A DNA stretch of 64,000 bases from Sphyrna mokarran (Eukaryota), in the NCBI GenBank assembly GCA_024679065.1, contig JAGIQG010000040.1, positions 5,084,001-5,148,000 on the forward strand, given 5' to 3'. The notes beneath the pieces were generated by a model. It was not told the origin of the DNA and did no database searches. It saw only the letters and a program-made list of their open reading frames with translations. Below, one piece after another: positions 13,377-26,154 of the stretch. Numbering within the stretch: position 1 is the stretch's first letter; each line of letters starts with the position of its first letter. The translations under genes and the position numbers were made by a program.

Positions 13377-13746
13377 GCTCGAAAGGGGGTTCCGCAACTT
13401 CCATCATAAGCTGAAGGTCAGTATCTGTTTTAAATACAGTAATAACGACAGTGATCAGAACCAAAACACAAACCAATTCTGACAAACCCAACTTAGTGAA
13501 AATTAAACATTAAACCAAAAAAAACACAGCCATAATGAGCTGAGATTTTCACTCTGTTTATATTTACTGTTAACAGTTTCAGCAATTACACACCTGGATA
13601 TAATGCTCGTTTTACTATTTTTGATACTTGGAGGAAGTGTTTCCAGATTGTGTTTTGTTAGCTGCTGTATAAATTTTAAATTACACCGAAATAATGTTCT
13701 ATTTGAAGTAAATATCGAGCGGCAATACTGAACAGAGAGTGAGTGT

Positions 13747-13826
13747 AGTTTTTGTGCGGGTGTGTGTCACTGTGATACTACAGTGGGTCACAGTGCTGAG
13801 CACAGCGATATCCTCACACAAAAACC
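13747..13826 (+). other. IGHD: IgH D1 segment ATACTACAGTGGGT (13775-13788) with 5' 12-RSS and 3' 22-RSS
   Basis: AGTTTTTGT-12-CACTGTG / D / CACAGTG-22-ACAAAAACC. Confidence 0.96.
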
Positions 13827-14139
13827 TCAGGGAAAGAGATTGTTCAAATTGGTAATCAGTACCACAGCAGGATTTTCAGCGTAAACGAAGCTTCAATGAA
13901 ATAATGTTTGGAAGTAATATTAATTTGTGAAAAGGTATAAAACTCTTCCCGTAAAATATATATTGACCAATGTGCTAAATCTACACAAAGAGTTTACAAG
14001 CAATCCGATGCCCTTTATAAATGTAATGACTAGGTCAAGCTGAAATAACTCACTCATTCGCTCGTGCATGAGGCAGTATCAGATTTTTGAGAGAACAATC
14101 ATATTAAATCTCTGTATTTCACATTTAGCAGGCGGGCAC

Positions 14140-14208
14140 AGTATTTGACATGCTGTGTCTCACTGTGATTACTGGGATGGCACAGCAATTACTGTCAATA
14201 CAAAAACC
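14140..14208 (+). other. IGHD: IgH D2 segment ATTACTGGGATGG (14168-14180) with 12/12 RSS
   Basis: AGTATTTGA-12-CACTGTG / D / CACAGCA-12-ACAAAAACC. Confidence 0.95.
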
Positions 14209-14533
14209 CCTCAGCGCTAATTGACCGAAGCTGGGGCAGTGTTTTGTTTTACAATGCGGCATTATTTACAGTGCTGTACTAATTATGTCCCAGCACTACA
14301 CAAACAGCGAGAATTAATAGAGAAAATTTGTGATAACTACTTGATTATCAGTTAGTGTTTTCAATAACTTGATCATGTGATCCTCTGTGAAATATAAAAC
14401 ATTAAGGTTATATGTGGAGTGAACTATATCCACCAATACAATAATAATTCCATGAAAATGCAATGATTTACTTTACCTCTGGGTTGTGAATCTTTAAAAT
14501 ACTGATGGATTTCTGTCTATTTTGTGCAGTGAT

Positions 14534-14572
14534 GGTTATTGTATGATCCAGCGGAGAGAATGTGACACTGTG
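14534..14572 (+). other. JH 23-RSS
   Basis: GGTTATTGT (14534-14542), 23-nt spacer, CACTGTG (14566-14572). Confidence 0.95.
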
Positions 14573-14620
14573 ATGCCATGGACTACTGGGGACAAGGGAC
14601 CATGGTGACGGTGACTACAA
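14573..14620 (+). CDS. IGHJ: IgH J segment (AMDYWGQGTMVTVTT)
   Basis: WGQG motif; phase-1 donor A/GTAAGA at 14620/14621. Confidence 0.98.
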
Positions 14621-14921
14621 GTAAGAACCATACATTTATTCAGTCAGTGTTTAATTTGAGTTTTTTTTTATATTTTTCTCGATTTTATTAATTCACTTGT
14701 TCACTGAAATGTGGTTGGTGGATTCTGTGCTGAAAACCTTTACAATGTTTCATGTGCTCCTGCTTAAAATGGGGATTATAGAATTCTATTGTTATTTGCC
14801 AAAAGTTAATACTGAGTGATGCAGTTTCTTGTTGTGATTTGGTGTTTATTTGCTGAGGACAGTGTGTAGCTGGGTTACTTTAAATGTTAAACAGTTCGGT
14901 GTTTCTGCAACATTTAATCTC

Positions 14922-14936
14922 GGTGACATCTAGTGG
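14922..14936 (-). promoter_or_regulatory. Candidate CTCF site in the J-C intron
   Basis: Minus strand CCACTAGATGTCACC versus consensus CCASYAGRKGGCRS (one core mismatch). Confidence 0.45.
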
Positions 14937-17900
14937 CTGCAAGTTGCACCATCTACTCTACAAGTGTTTGAAATCTAACCTAATCTTAACAAAATGTGTT
15001 AATGTTTCTGCATTAATGTCATGAACATGTTCCACTGAATCACAAGGCTGGTTATTGTTATGTTATTGTTGTACTTATTATGATTATTAGTTAGTTTGGT
15101 GATGGGTGGATTGGCTGGATTTTAAATTGAGATTTTCTGCCAATGTGAAATGTGATTCTGTTGAAACTGTAGAACTGAGCGGCTTCTGCATGAACTGGGT
15201 GTCAGTCCCTCAGTGATGCATTTTTCTGGTGAGGAGACTGTCTGTCTAGGTGACATTGAATAAATAAAATTTGTGAAATGTTTTGGCGATTCTGCATTGT
15301 TCACACTCCGTGATACTGAGCTGTTATACAGTTTATGATTGAATATAAAGTCTGCGGGTTTTAAACTATTTGACGGATGTCTGCACACAGAAATCAGGCT
15401 TTATTGAGTTTGTATTTTATAAATTATAACTGATAATTGCTGTTAAACCAAATCACAGTTTATGCCACTCGTCTAAAACCTGGTTTGTCACTGCATTTAT
15501 AATTTGGAATACATGCAATGATTTATCTCGGTGGTACCAGATGGCTGCAGCTTTTACTATCCAAATGTTTAAGTATGTTTGAAATCTATTTGAAATATGA
15601 CCCAATATGAATAAAATGTGGTAAAGTTTCAATGTTAATTTGTTTGACATTTTCCACCTCCTCGCAATGCTATTGCTCTCATTCCAGATTTCTGTTTAGT
15701 TTGGCCATTCCTATATTTGGTGAAGAGCTGGTTTTCTGGATTGGATATTAAGATTTTCTTGCAATGATATCTTTGATTTTGTTGGACGGATAATTGAGTT
15801 GAGGGTCCATGAATCGGATCCATTCCCTCATTGATGTGTTTTGGTGTGTTTCTGTTGAGGAGGTTCTGCTGTTCTGTCGCTGTGAATGATTATAGTGTGT
15901 GAAATGGTTTGATGTTTCGGCATTGTTTCTGCATTGTTTAAACTCGGTGACACTGAGCGGTTACATGTTTTCTGGTTGAATGCAAACAATCTGTGAGTTT
16001 AAAAATCCTTATAGGGAGAAAACAGACAAGTTTTGGGGAAAAATAAAGATACCACAGCATTTTTATAAACTGTAATTAACGTTTACAAATTAAAATAAAT
16101 CATGACATACAACGTTCATTCGGACACTAACTCGTTGCTGTAACTGAAAACTTCTCATTAACAAGTTTAATCATAAAATGAATATAAAGCAAACATTTTT
16201 AAATCGGTAATATAACTCCATATTCAACAAAGACTATTTTATATTAATATCATTATTCATTAATCCCTCCTAACACACAACTAACATGACCAGAAACGTT
16301 TCTAGGCTGGAAATATTTTGTGATAATTCTAAAAACTATTTCAATGATAACAAGCTGTTTCCAAACAGCGCTCAGTTCAACAAGATATTCTGCGTTAATT
16401 GTTATATCCCGATGAAGTTCGCATTCACTTAAATCTGAGTTTTGGAGAATAAGGCTTTGCTATTTGGCAATTTTTGTCTCTGATTAGTACATTTTTTTTT
16501 CTGTGCAAGCTCAACATTCCTTCCAAATAATTAGTAATTAATCGCTAATCGCATCTCAAAATTTGTGAAATTGTTTCTCAATAGTTTCTGTATTTTTTTT
16601 AACCTCTGTTATCCTGAGCGGTAACTCTTTTTAAACAAACTGCGTTTAAAAATCCTTGTCAGAATAAAACAAACAGGTATCGGAAAAACATAAAATAAGT
16701 TAGAGCATTTCATTCATGATAACCGACTTAAGATAAATCGATTATAATTCTTACTGCGTCGCTATATTTTTGTTAGGGATGTTATACTACCCTGAATTTG
16801 TTACATTTTATATGCTCATTTTCAGAAAAAAAATGCCCAGTTTTCGAGATTTGAGACAGACAGGGAGAAGTAGATAAACTTCGAAGAGGATTTTGAAATG
16901 AATATCAGTTTAATTTAAAATAAGTTATTGATTTTGTTGTCGTAATGTGACAATTGATCAATTAGAATCCCACATTTTGAATGAACTTGACAGAATAAAC
17001 GCAGTTTTCTGACAGGTGGAATTCGCTAACACGAAGCAATTGTTCATATAATCGTGTTTGTATTGTCGTAAGGTGCCAACAGAAACTGGCTAGAGATTGA
17101 CAAGTTAATACTTGAAATTCAAACAGATTAATTTATATGAAAGTATTAAAATAATATTATAAAAATAATATTTGCCCTGCTCTTAATAAAAACATCCCGT
17201 CTCATTACTGCTGAACACAGAATAGGATTATTGGATGAATAAATGACAGAATAGAAGCATTGATTCTATTTGAACATTATGTTTAATTCCTACTAAATAT
17301 TATATTGAAGAAAAAGTCTCGAGTTATTTTGTGCATCATGTTTCAGTGTTGCACAAGATTTGAATCAATTGTATTCATTGAATTTTTCATTGTTTAATTC
17401 AAATTTTCTTAAATTAAACGATATGTTCAGTAATTAAATTGTATGGATTGTCTAAATTATTAAATCTAAGAAGATGTTTCATCGATCTCAAACTGCCAGG
17501 CCTTACAATAAATCCAAATTCACGCATTTATAACGCGTTTGTAGTTTATAATAAGACATCTGGAATAAAAGTGGAAATGAAAACATTACAATGTGATTCG
17601 ATTTAAACAAATAAATTACAGATGTCTGAATATTTCCACTCAGTAATTTGAAGTTTATTGTTTAAGATTTAGTTGGAACCTAATTACCTCACAATGTTCC
17701 AGGCAAAGGCGAGTTTTGAATGAATGAAAACTAATTTTATTACGGAGTACAAATCAATGAAAGAAAACTAACTGCCAATTAACAATAACAATATTGGTGC
17801 TATTAATTCAAAACAAAAGGCTTGAATAGTGCACCGGCGTGTAAAATATCATCCGTTTTAGAGAATGTTTAATTATACCGAAAATAAATTCAGAAACAAA

Positions 17901-18354
17901 ACATTACTCAGCTATGCTCAGCTCGATAAAGTATTTTGCCTTGATTATTTTGTTGATTACATTTAATTAAAAAATTAGATCGGATCAGAAACTGATTTTC
18001 AATGTAAATGTTTCTTGTTAGTTTAATTCTTACCGTGTCACTGCATCTCTGTTAGGGACATTGAACTGTTACTGTGTCACTGCATCTCTGTTAGGGACAT
18101 TGAACTGTCCAGAATCTGTTTTTTAATTGCTCATTTTCAGCGAAATTACATCTTACATGGTTTTCGAGAAGTGATGCAAACAGAGATATATAATTAAAAG
18201 TCGAAGGGAGTTTTCAAATGAATATCAGTTTAATTTAAAATAAGTTATTGATTATCTGTTGTTGTAAGTTAACCATTGATCAATAAGAATACAACAGTTT
18301 GAATGAAATTTACAGATTGAACATAACAAGCTGCTGGGAACTCGACTGTTGCAC

Positions 18355-18422
18355 CGTTTGTGTTTGTTCTGTTCCTGTGCGCGTGGTCACTGTGTTGGGT
18401 CCAGGAATCTCCCTGACTGGTT
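18355..18422 (+). pseudogene. Possible vestigial J segment (LGPGISLTG) with 24-spacer RSS
   Basis: CGTTTGTGT-24-CACTGTG, then TTG GGT CCA GGA ATC TCC CTG ACT GGT T/GTAAAT. Confidence 0.35.
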
Positions 18423-19279
18423 GTAAATCTTTTGGTTCCTTCTGCTGTATTTCGGGGAGTGAAATTTGATTTATTTCTTCAATACGCTTGTATCTGTGAG
18501 AAATGTGACAGTTTGACTTGATACTTGATTCGGTGTCGCAGAAGTGAGATCCCTAAAGCATATTGTGACCATCAGAGAGAGCAGAAGCTTCAGACGTACA
18601 GGGAGAATTGGGTGATTTTTAAGCAGTGATGTACCTTGGGAATGTTCGATGAGCAAATACAAAGTGAGATTTACTATATGATGCTCCATAGTACAGCGGT
18701 CCCTGAGCAGTTTAGTATGACAATTGAAGGGTTAAATTCAATTGCATCTTATTTTTAATCTTCTAAAGGGTTTAAGAGTCATTTGCTCGGCCAGAATTTT
18801 TAATCTTCCCTAATTGTTCCTTCACAAAGTGTTGGTATGAAGCATCCTTGAATGGCTGCAGTCCACATGCTGCAGGCATCGGCCGTGCTTAAGGCAGGAA
18901 GTTCCAGGATTTTGACCCAGCGACTATGAATGAACTGAGATATTGTTTCATGTCGGGATGGTGTGTGTTGTGGAGGGGAGATTGCAGCTAATAGCGTCTG
19001 TATGTGGCTGCTACCCTTGTCCTGTTAGGATGTAAAGGCAGCGGGTTTGGACAGTGTATTCTATGGAGCCTTGGTGAGTTGCTGCAGTGCATGTTGTATA
19101 TAATCCACACTGCTGACACTGCTTGTTAGTGATAGAGAGAGTAAATAGGGTGAATGAGGGGGCGGGTAATTTTGTGGGTGGTTTTGCCTTGGATTGTGTC
19201 ACATTTAATGAGATTTTACAAATTTTGCTCATTGAGGAAAGAGGAAATTATTCAATTGTGACTGACTGATGAAAGGTTT

Positions 19280-19805
19280 AAATATTTTTCCAACATTTGC
19301 CCCCGGTCCCTCTTATGCTCACTTGTCACTCCCACTTACTGTGTGTGTGGGTGAGTATGTGTGGAGTGAGTGTGCTTTTCCAGAATGGATCAACCAGATA
19401 GAGATTACACACATCACCTACTCTCTTACACACATAAATACACACATACACACGTTCATGTTCTCTCACACATGCACATATACATACGCATAATTACTTT
19501 TTCTCTTAGACGATATCTCTCTCCCATATTCTTTCTCTCACGATCCAAATACTCTCTCAAATAGAAATACAGACATACTCTCGCTCTCTCAATCAGACTC
19601 TCATACCCTCATACACAAAAGCACCCACGCACACCACCTCATACACATTCTCTCTTACACGCAGACACACACACTCACATAAGCACAGTCTCATGCTCTC
19701 GCACACAGACTCTCTCTTTCACACTCTGTCACACACGCTGTTGCCTCACATTTATTCACACAACTCTCTCACAATGCCTCTTGCACCCGCATCTCTCTCT
19801 CTCTC
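19280..19805. repeat. CA/CT-rich low-complexity region
   Basis: Degenerate (CA)n and (CT)n tracts. Confidence 0.8.
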
Positions 19806-19806
19806 A

Positions 19807-20120
19807 AATAAGAACATAAGAAATAGGAGCAGGAGTAGGTCATCTCGCCCTTCGAGCCTGCCCCGCCATTCAATAAGACCATGGCTGATCTGAAGTGGAT
19901 CAGTTCCACTTTCCCGCTTTCTCCCCATAACCCTTCATTCCCTTGTCTATCAGAAACTTATCTACCCGTGACTTAAATATATCGAGGGAGGTAGCCTCTA
20001 CCACTCCAATGGGCAGAGAATTCCAGAGATAGCAGAACTAGAGGACGCAGCCTCAAAATAAGAGGGAACAGTTTAGAACTGAGTTGAGGAGAAACTTCTT
20101 CAATCAAAGGCTGGTGAATC
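19807..20120 (-). mobile_element. Short CR1 3' fragment with inverted 5' segment
   Basis: Minus-strand 3' end at 19807-20030 (tail AAGAACATAAGAAATAGGAGCAGG). The adjacent upstream piece of the element is on the plus strand at 20031-20120. Confidence 0.75.
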
Positions 20121-20259
20121 AAGGGATAAAGAAAGGCACCGACATTAAAGCAGCTGCCCGGTGATCTACACGGATTCCTGACTTTACACAGCCCTGTTAC
20201 TGAAAGCGGATCAATGTAGAGAATCGGGAAAAGATCGATGGAGAGGAAGAGGAGGAGGA

Positions 20260-22030
20260 GGCTCACTGACTCTCTCACCCTCCCCCACACTTACTCACTC
20301 ACCCTCAATCTCTCATCCTCACACTCAAAGATCTTCACTCACTCACCATCACTTACCCATCTTCCCTTGCCGACACACTCTCACTCACTCACCCTCATTC
20401 ATTCACCCTCAATCACTCATCCCCAATCAGTCAACTTCACTCATCCCCACTCACTCACTCTCACTGACACACTCTCACTCACTCACCCTCATTCATTCAC
20501 CCTCAATCACTCATCCCCAATCACTCAACTTCACTCATCCCCACTCATTCTCACTCACTCATCCTCACTCAAGCTTACTCACTCACCCTCACTCACTCAC
20601 ACTTGCTCACTCATCTACCCCTCACACACTCACCCCCGCACACTCAACCTCACACACTCACCCCCACACACTCAACCTCACGCACTCATCTTCAGAAATT
20701 CACTGATCCTCATTCACCCCGCACTTAGACACATTCACTTTCTCACCCTCACACACTCACTCACTCACAATCTCTCACTCATATTCGCTCACTCACTCTC
20801 ATCCATCCTCACTCACTCACTCACACTCACTCACAAACCCTCATTCAACTTCACTCATTCAACCTCCGTCATACACCCTGATTCACTCACACTCACACCC
20901 TCACTCACATTCACTCACTCACCTACATTCACTCACACTCACACCCTCACTCACGCACCCACACTCACTCACTCATACGCACTCACCCTCACATACCCTC
21001 ACTCATTCAGTCACTGTCACTCAGCCACCCACACTCATATACCAGCACTCACTCAACCTCACTCACTCAACCTCACTCACTCAACCTCACTCACTCAACC
21101 TCAATCACTAAACCTCACTCACTGACATACAGCCTCAGTCAGACACCGACATTCGTATTCACTGTCATTCACTTATCCCACTAGTCCATTCTCACTCAGC
21201 CACCCTCACCCACTCACCACATTCACTCTCGCTCTTCAGTCACCCTATTTACCCACCCTCACTCATCCAGTCTCACTCACTCTCACTTACCCTCACTCAC
21301 TCATCCCATTCACTCACCCACCCCATTTACCCACTCTAACTCAACCAGTCTCACTCACTCTAACTCACTCTCACTCACTCACTGCATTCGTTCACGCTCG
21401 CTCATACTCACCCCCACAAACTCAAGCTCAATGACCCTCTCTCTCACACACACTTACCCTGTCTCACCCATTCAAACTCACTCAGACTCAGCACTTACAT
21501 TCACACACACCATCACTCAACTTCACGCACCCTAACTGACAGATCCTCAATCACTCACCCTCTCTCAAACACCTTCACTCACACACCCTCACTCTCTCAT
21601 CCATCCGCATTCATTCTCCCTTCCACACACTCACACACCAATCTGGATAACACATCCTGACTCAGTCTCTCTCACCCCTCACTTACTCAGTCACATTCAC
21701 TTCCTCATCCTCGTTCACTCATTCTCACTCACCCACCTCCGCTAACCTTCACACATCCTCACTCGCCCTCATTCTTTCATTCTTGCTTATCTACACTCAT
21801 CCAGCCACCTTCACTCACCTACACTCTCTTACATACCCTCATTTACTCACGCTCTCTCACCCTCATCCTCACTTACTCACCCTCAATCACTCATCCTCAC
21901 TCAAAGAACTTCACTCACTCACCCTCACTTACCCATCTTCCGTCACTCATACATCATCATTCATCAATGAACTTCACTCATTCAATCGCTCACCCTCACA
22001 CACTCACCTCCTCTCACTCGCACTCACTGA
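20260..22030. repeat. Degenerate (CACT)n simple repeat, ~1.8 kb
   Basis: Continuous CTCACTCA-type units. This explains the spurious His/Thr/Leu/Ser ORFs. Confidence 0.95.
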
Positions 22031-22099
22031 ATCTGTGTAGGGAGGTCTGCAACGAGAGGGAAGAAACATCTCAACTGGCAGTTTGGTGTTTAAATATAG

Positions 22100-22800
22100 A
22101 AGCTGCCCTGGGAGTGCAGAGAGGTGGAGGGAATCGCTAGGGGCTCAGGGCCAGGAACAATGGCAAAGAGTCAGGGGAGAACAGGAGGCGTGGGAAAGGG
22201 CAGAGAGCGGGGGGGGGGAGGCAGAGAGGCAGAGGAAACAGCAGAGAGCCGGGGGAAGGGCAGAGAGGCAAGGGAAGGGGCACATAGCTAGGGAACAGGG
22301 CGAAAAGCCAGGGGAAAGGGCAGAGAGAGAAGAGAAAAGGCATGGAGCAAGGAGAAAGGGCAGAGAGACCAGTGAAAGGAGACAGAGCCAAGAGAAAGGA
22401 CAGTGATGGGAGAAAAGGCCAGGAAAAGGGGAAAGAGCCAGGAGAAAGGGCAGGCAGGCAAGAGAAACCTCAGAGAGTCGAGGGAAAGGGCAGAGAGCCG
22501 TGGGAAAGGACATACAGCGCAGGGGGAAAGGGCAGGAGAATCAGGGGGAACGATCAGATAGCTGGAGGAAAGGAGAAAGACGCTAGAGAGAAGGGGCAGA
22601 GGGCAGAGTGCTGGGGAAAAGCGTAGGGGGAGGAGCCGGTGGAAAGGGCATAGAGCTGGAAGGATATGGAGAGAGATAAGTGGAAATACAGAGAGCTGGA
22701 TGAAAGGGAAAAAGAGCAACCATGAAAGTCAGAGAGCCATGGGAAAGGGCAAAGAGCTGGGGACAATAGGCAGAAAGCGGGAGACGGACGGATGGAGTGA
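22100..22800 (+). repeat. Purine/G-rich degenerate minisatellite (GGGAAAGGGCAGAGAGCC-like, ~18-19 bp)
   Basis: Many GGAAAGGGCAGAGAG units. Confidence 0.85.
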
Positions 22801-23403
22801 GAGGTTCAACATAGAGCTAGCACCACAATCAGCTCATGGGTAATCTTAGTGAATGATGGAGGAGATTTCAAAGCCCGAATGGCCAACTCTTACTATTAAT
22901 GTATGATCCTTCAATGAGTCAATGTTGCATTTGTTTCAATTTGTAATCACATTTCAAATTTCCTGATCAGTCAGTAAGTGTTCATTCCGTAGGTATTTCT
23001 GAAACAAAGTCACTAATCTTTTGTGAAGGGAGAGGGAGAGATTTGGAAAGAGAAAGGGGCATCTTTCAGTTTGAACATAGACAATTTCAAAACCGAGAGT
23101 GGAGATGTTGGCGTTAGGTTGGTGTGGGCACAGTAAGTATTCCCACAACACCAGGTTTAAGTCCAACAGGTTTATTTGGAATCGCGAGTTTTTGGAGCTC
23201 CCTCATCAGGTGAGTGGATGATATGAATGAAGAGACAACTTCTTCATCACAAAGTGCTGTTGTTTGAGAAATAAATAGTTGTGGCAATAATGGAAAAAAT
23301 CTTTGCTCTTCTCTGTTAATCCAATGAATGATATATCATTTTGAGACTATCAGAATGTTTTTTTTCCTTCTTCCCAATTTGATAGAAGTGGAAACAGGGA
23401 TAT

Positions 23404-24149
23404 GAACATAGAACATAGAACATAGAACAATACAGCACAGAACAGGCCCTTCGGCCCTCGATGTTGTGCCGACCAAAATAAAAAGCAATGCCCCTCCTAA
23501 CTAAACCATTCCCTTCTCATCCATATACTTATCAACTAACCTATTAAACGCCACCAAACTTGGCGCATCTACAACAGCTGCAGGCAGGGCATTCCACTCC
23601 CTAATCACTCTTTGAGTAAAGAACCTACCTCTGATATCCGTCCTATAACTCATACCCCTTAATTTAAAGTTGTGTCCCCTCGTGCTAGCTTTCTCCATCC
23701 TAGGAAAGAGGCTATCACTGTCCACCCTATCCAACCTCTAATTATCTTATATGCTTCAATAAGATCCCCCCTTAGCCGCCTCCTTTCTAACGAAAACAAC
23801 CTCAAATCCTTCAACCTCTCTTCATAGGACCTGCCCTCCATACCAGGCAACATCCTGGTAAACCTCCTCTGTCCCCTCTCCAATGCCTCCACATCTTTCT
23901 TATAATGTAGGGACCAGAACTGCACACAATACTCCAAGTGCGGCCGCACTAGAGTTTTGTACAGTTGCAACATGATGCTGCAGCTCCTAAATTCAATCCC
24001 CCTGCCAATAAAAGCTAAGACTCCATATGCCTTCTTAACAACTTTTTCCACTTGACTGCCTACTTTCAGGGATCTATTGACACATACACCAAGATCCTTC
24101 TGTTCCTCAACACTATTAAGAGCCCTACCATTAGCCCTATACTCTACAC
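23404..24149 (-). mobile_element. 5'-truncated CR1 LINE (RT C-terminus and 3' UTR)
   Basis: Peptides LYKTLVRPHLEYCVQFWS and RGDLIEAYKI; (GAACATA)n tail. Confidence 0.93.
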
Positions 24150-24490
24150 ATTTATTTCTACAGAAATGACGATTCCCAAATGATAGAAGTAACATAATCT
24201 CAAAGATGGGTGAAGGTTTTAATCGGGAATATAAGAATAAATTCATAATTCTAATCAATGTTCGAGTTAGAAGCATAGAAAATAGCATCTGGAGTAGGCC
24301 ATTCGGCCCTTTGAGCGTACTCCGCCATTCACTTTGGTCAGAATTCATCAATATCCTGATCATATCTACTACCCATATTCCTTTAACACCAAGAGCTATA
24401 TCTAATAGAAACATCTTTGTAACAATATGTTTGATGACTTATTAAACGCAAATAAGAGTCTAACTCGTTCAATCGTCTACTCTTTCCCAG

Positions 24491-24790
24491 CGACACCATC
24501 TCCACCCACTCTCTACAGCCTGGTCTCCTCCTGTGATCAACACAGCTCCGACGACTCCGTCATCTACGGGTGTTTGGCGATGGACTACTTTCCAGATGTC
24601 TCCAAACTAACCTGGAAGAAAAATGGGCAACAGATCACCACTGGGTTTAAGACTTACCCGTCAGTGAGAAACACGAAGGGAACCTACACTCTGAGCAGCC
24701 AGTTAACCATCCCCGGCTCAGCGGGAGAATGTCCCAGAATTGACTGTGAGGTTCGACACAGCGACATAGTCAAGAGCGTTGAAATGCAAT
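24491..24790 (+). CDS. IGHM: IgM constant exon Cmu1
   Basis: Acceptor TTTCCCAG; [35 protein letters not shown]; donor T/GTAAGT; 300 nt, phase 1-1. Confidence 0.97.
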
Positions 24791-25001
24791 GTAAGTGTTG
24801 TGCAGCTAGTGTAAAGCAAAAACGCTGTGTGGAAATCCTGTGTAGGGCCTTGGTTGTAATTCATTTAAATAGATGTGCGTAATCTGGACCCATGGATTGT
24901 CCCGGTTAGTGTCTGTTGACTGCAATTGAGTCAGTAATGTAGAAAGAAGTGTGATTGATCAACATCTTCTGCAGGAAATGACTAATGTGTGTTTTCTGAA
25001 G

Positions 25002-25316
25002 GTCCTAAGGATGATATCCACCCAACCGTTATCCTCACCATGAGTTCCAGTGAAGAAATCACACGCAGGAAATTTGCAACCATCGTCTGTTCAATCATCG
25101 ACTTCTATCCAAAGTCAATGACGGTGAATTGGCTGAAGAATGGAAAACACATAGTTTCAGGAATTGTCACCTCTCCCGCCTACCAAGTGAATGGGAACTT
25201 CTCGGCCAGCAGTCGGCTGACGGTCTCCTCTGGGGAATGGTTCAGTAAAGCGGTCTATACCTGCCAAGTCACTCATCAAGGATTCACTCAGAGTCAGAAC
25301 ATCAGCGCATCACAGG
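25002..25316 (+). CDS. IGHM: IgM constant exon Cmu2
   Basis: [39 protein letters not shown]; donor G/GTAAGA; 315 nt. Confidence 0.97.
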
Positions 25317-26154
25317 GTAAGAGACTCAAACCGAGGATAAAATATACCACTCTGATGTTAATCGGAATTAGGATCTATCAAAATTAGTACAAAGCATCGA
25401 ACAATTTCTAATTTACTGACATGTGTATTGCTGCATTAGGACAGTTTCCCATTCAGAATTTCATCTCAACAGCAATTTTTGTTGTCTCTTCATGAGATGT
25501 GCATTTATTTCCCATCCCTGGGGAGGGGCACTTAAGTGTCAACCACGTTGCTGTGGATATGGAGTCACATACATGCCAGGCAAGATAAAGAGAACAAATT
25601 TACTTTTCTAAAGAACATTCGTGAACCAGGATGGGCTTTTACAACAAAGACCTCATGATGATCATTTGACTTATAATTATGGATGTTTATTAAATTCACG
25701 TTTCACCATCTGCAATAGTGACATTCGAATCTATTTCTCCACAGTCCTTGCTGTCGGCTAGTGGCCTTGCTGTCAGCTTTTTCCTGAGACAGAGGGTAAG
25801 ATTTGGAGAGACAGTAGGTATCGGACTGTTTCACAGGTCACAGCACAGGGAGTAAAACATTAGAAAGTGCATCCACCCCATTTATAAACCAACTGCCAGT
25901 ACTTTGTTCCTGAGTTTCGGCATTGTTATATTTGTTTGGGAATGCTACAATGCTGATCCATGAGAATGATACTGTTGCTAAAATACTTCAATGAAGAGAA
26001 TAATTTCACACAGCAAGCTGGTTTTCCATCCCCTATAGAGGTTGAAATGTGATAGAGATTGATATATCTCAGGCAACTTTGTCTCCTTCAGCCTGAGTAC
26101 TGCTGTCCTGCTTCTGAAGGGGGACTAGGGTTGATTTTCATTTGTCATTTACAG

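Noticed and set aside
18032-18108. 39-bp direct tandem repeat containing GTGTCACTG
   Set aside because: Two copies only, no spacers and no nonamer; a simple local duplication, not CRISPR or RSS.
20238-22766. Long ORFs (295 aa His/Thr/Leu/Ser-rich; several Arg/Glu/Gly- or Pro/Leu-rich)
   Set aside because: Translations of (CACT)n and purine-rich simple repeats; no domain or exon structure.
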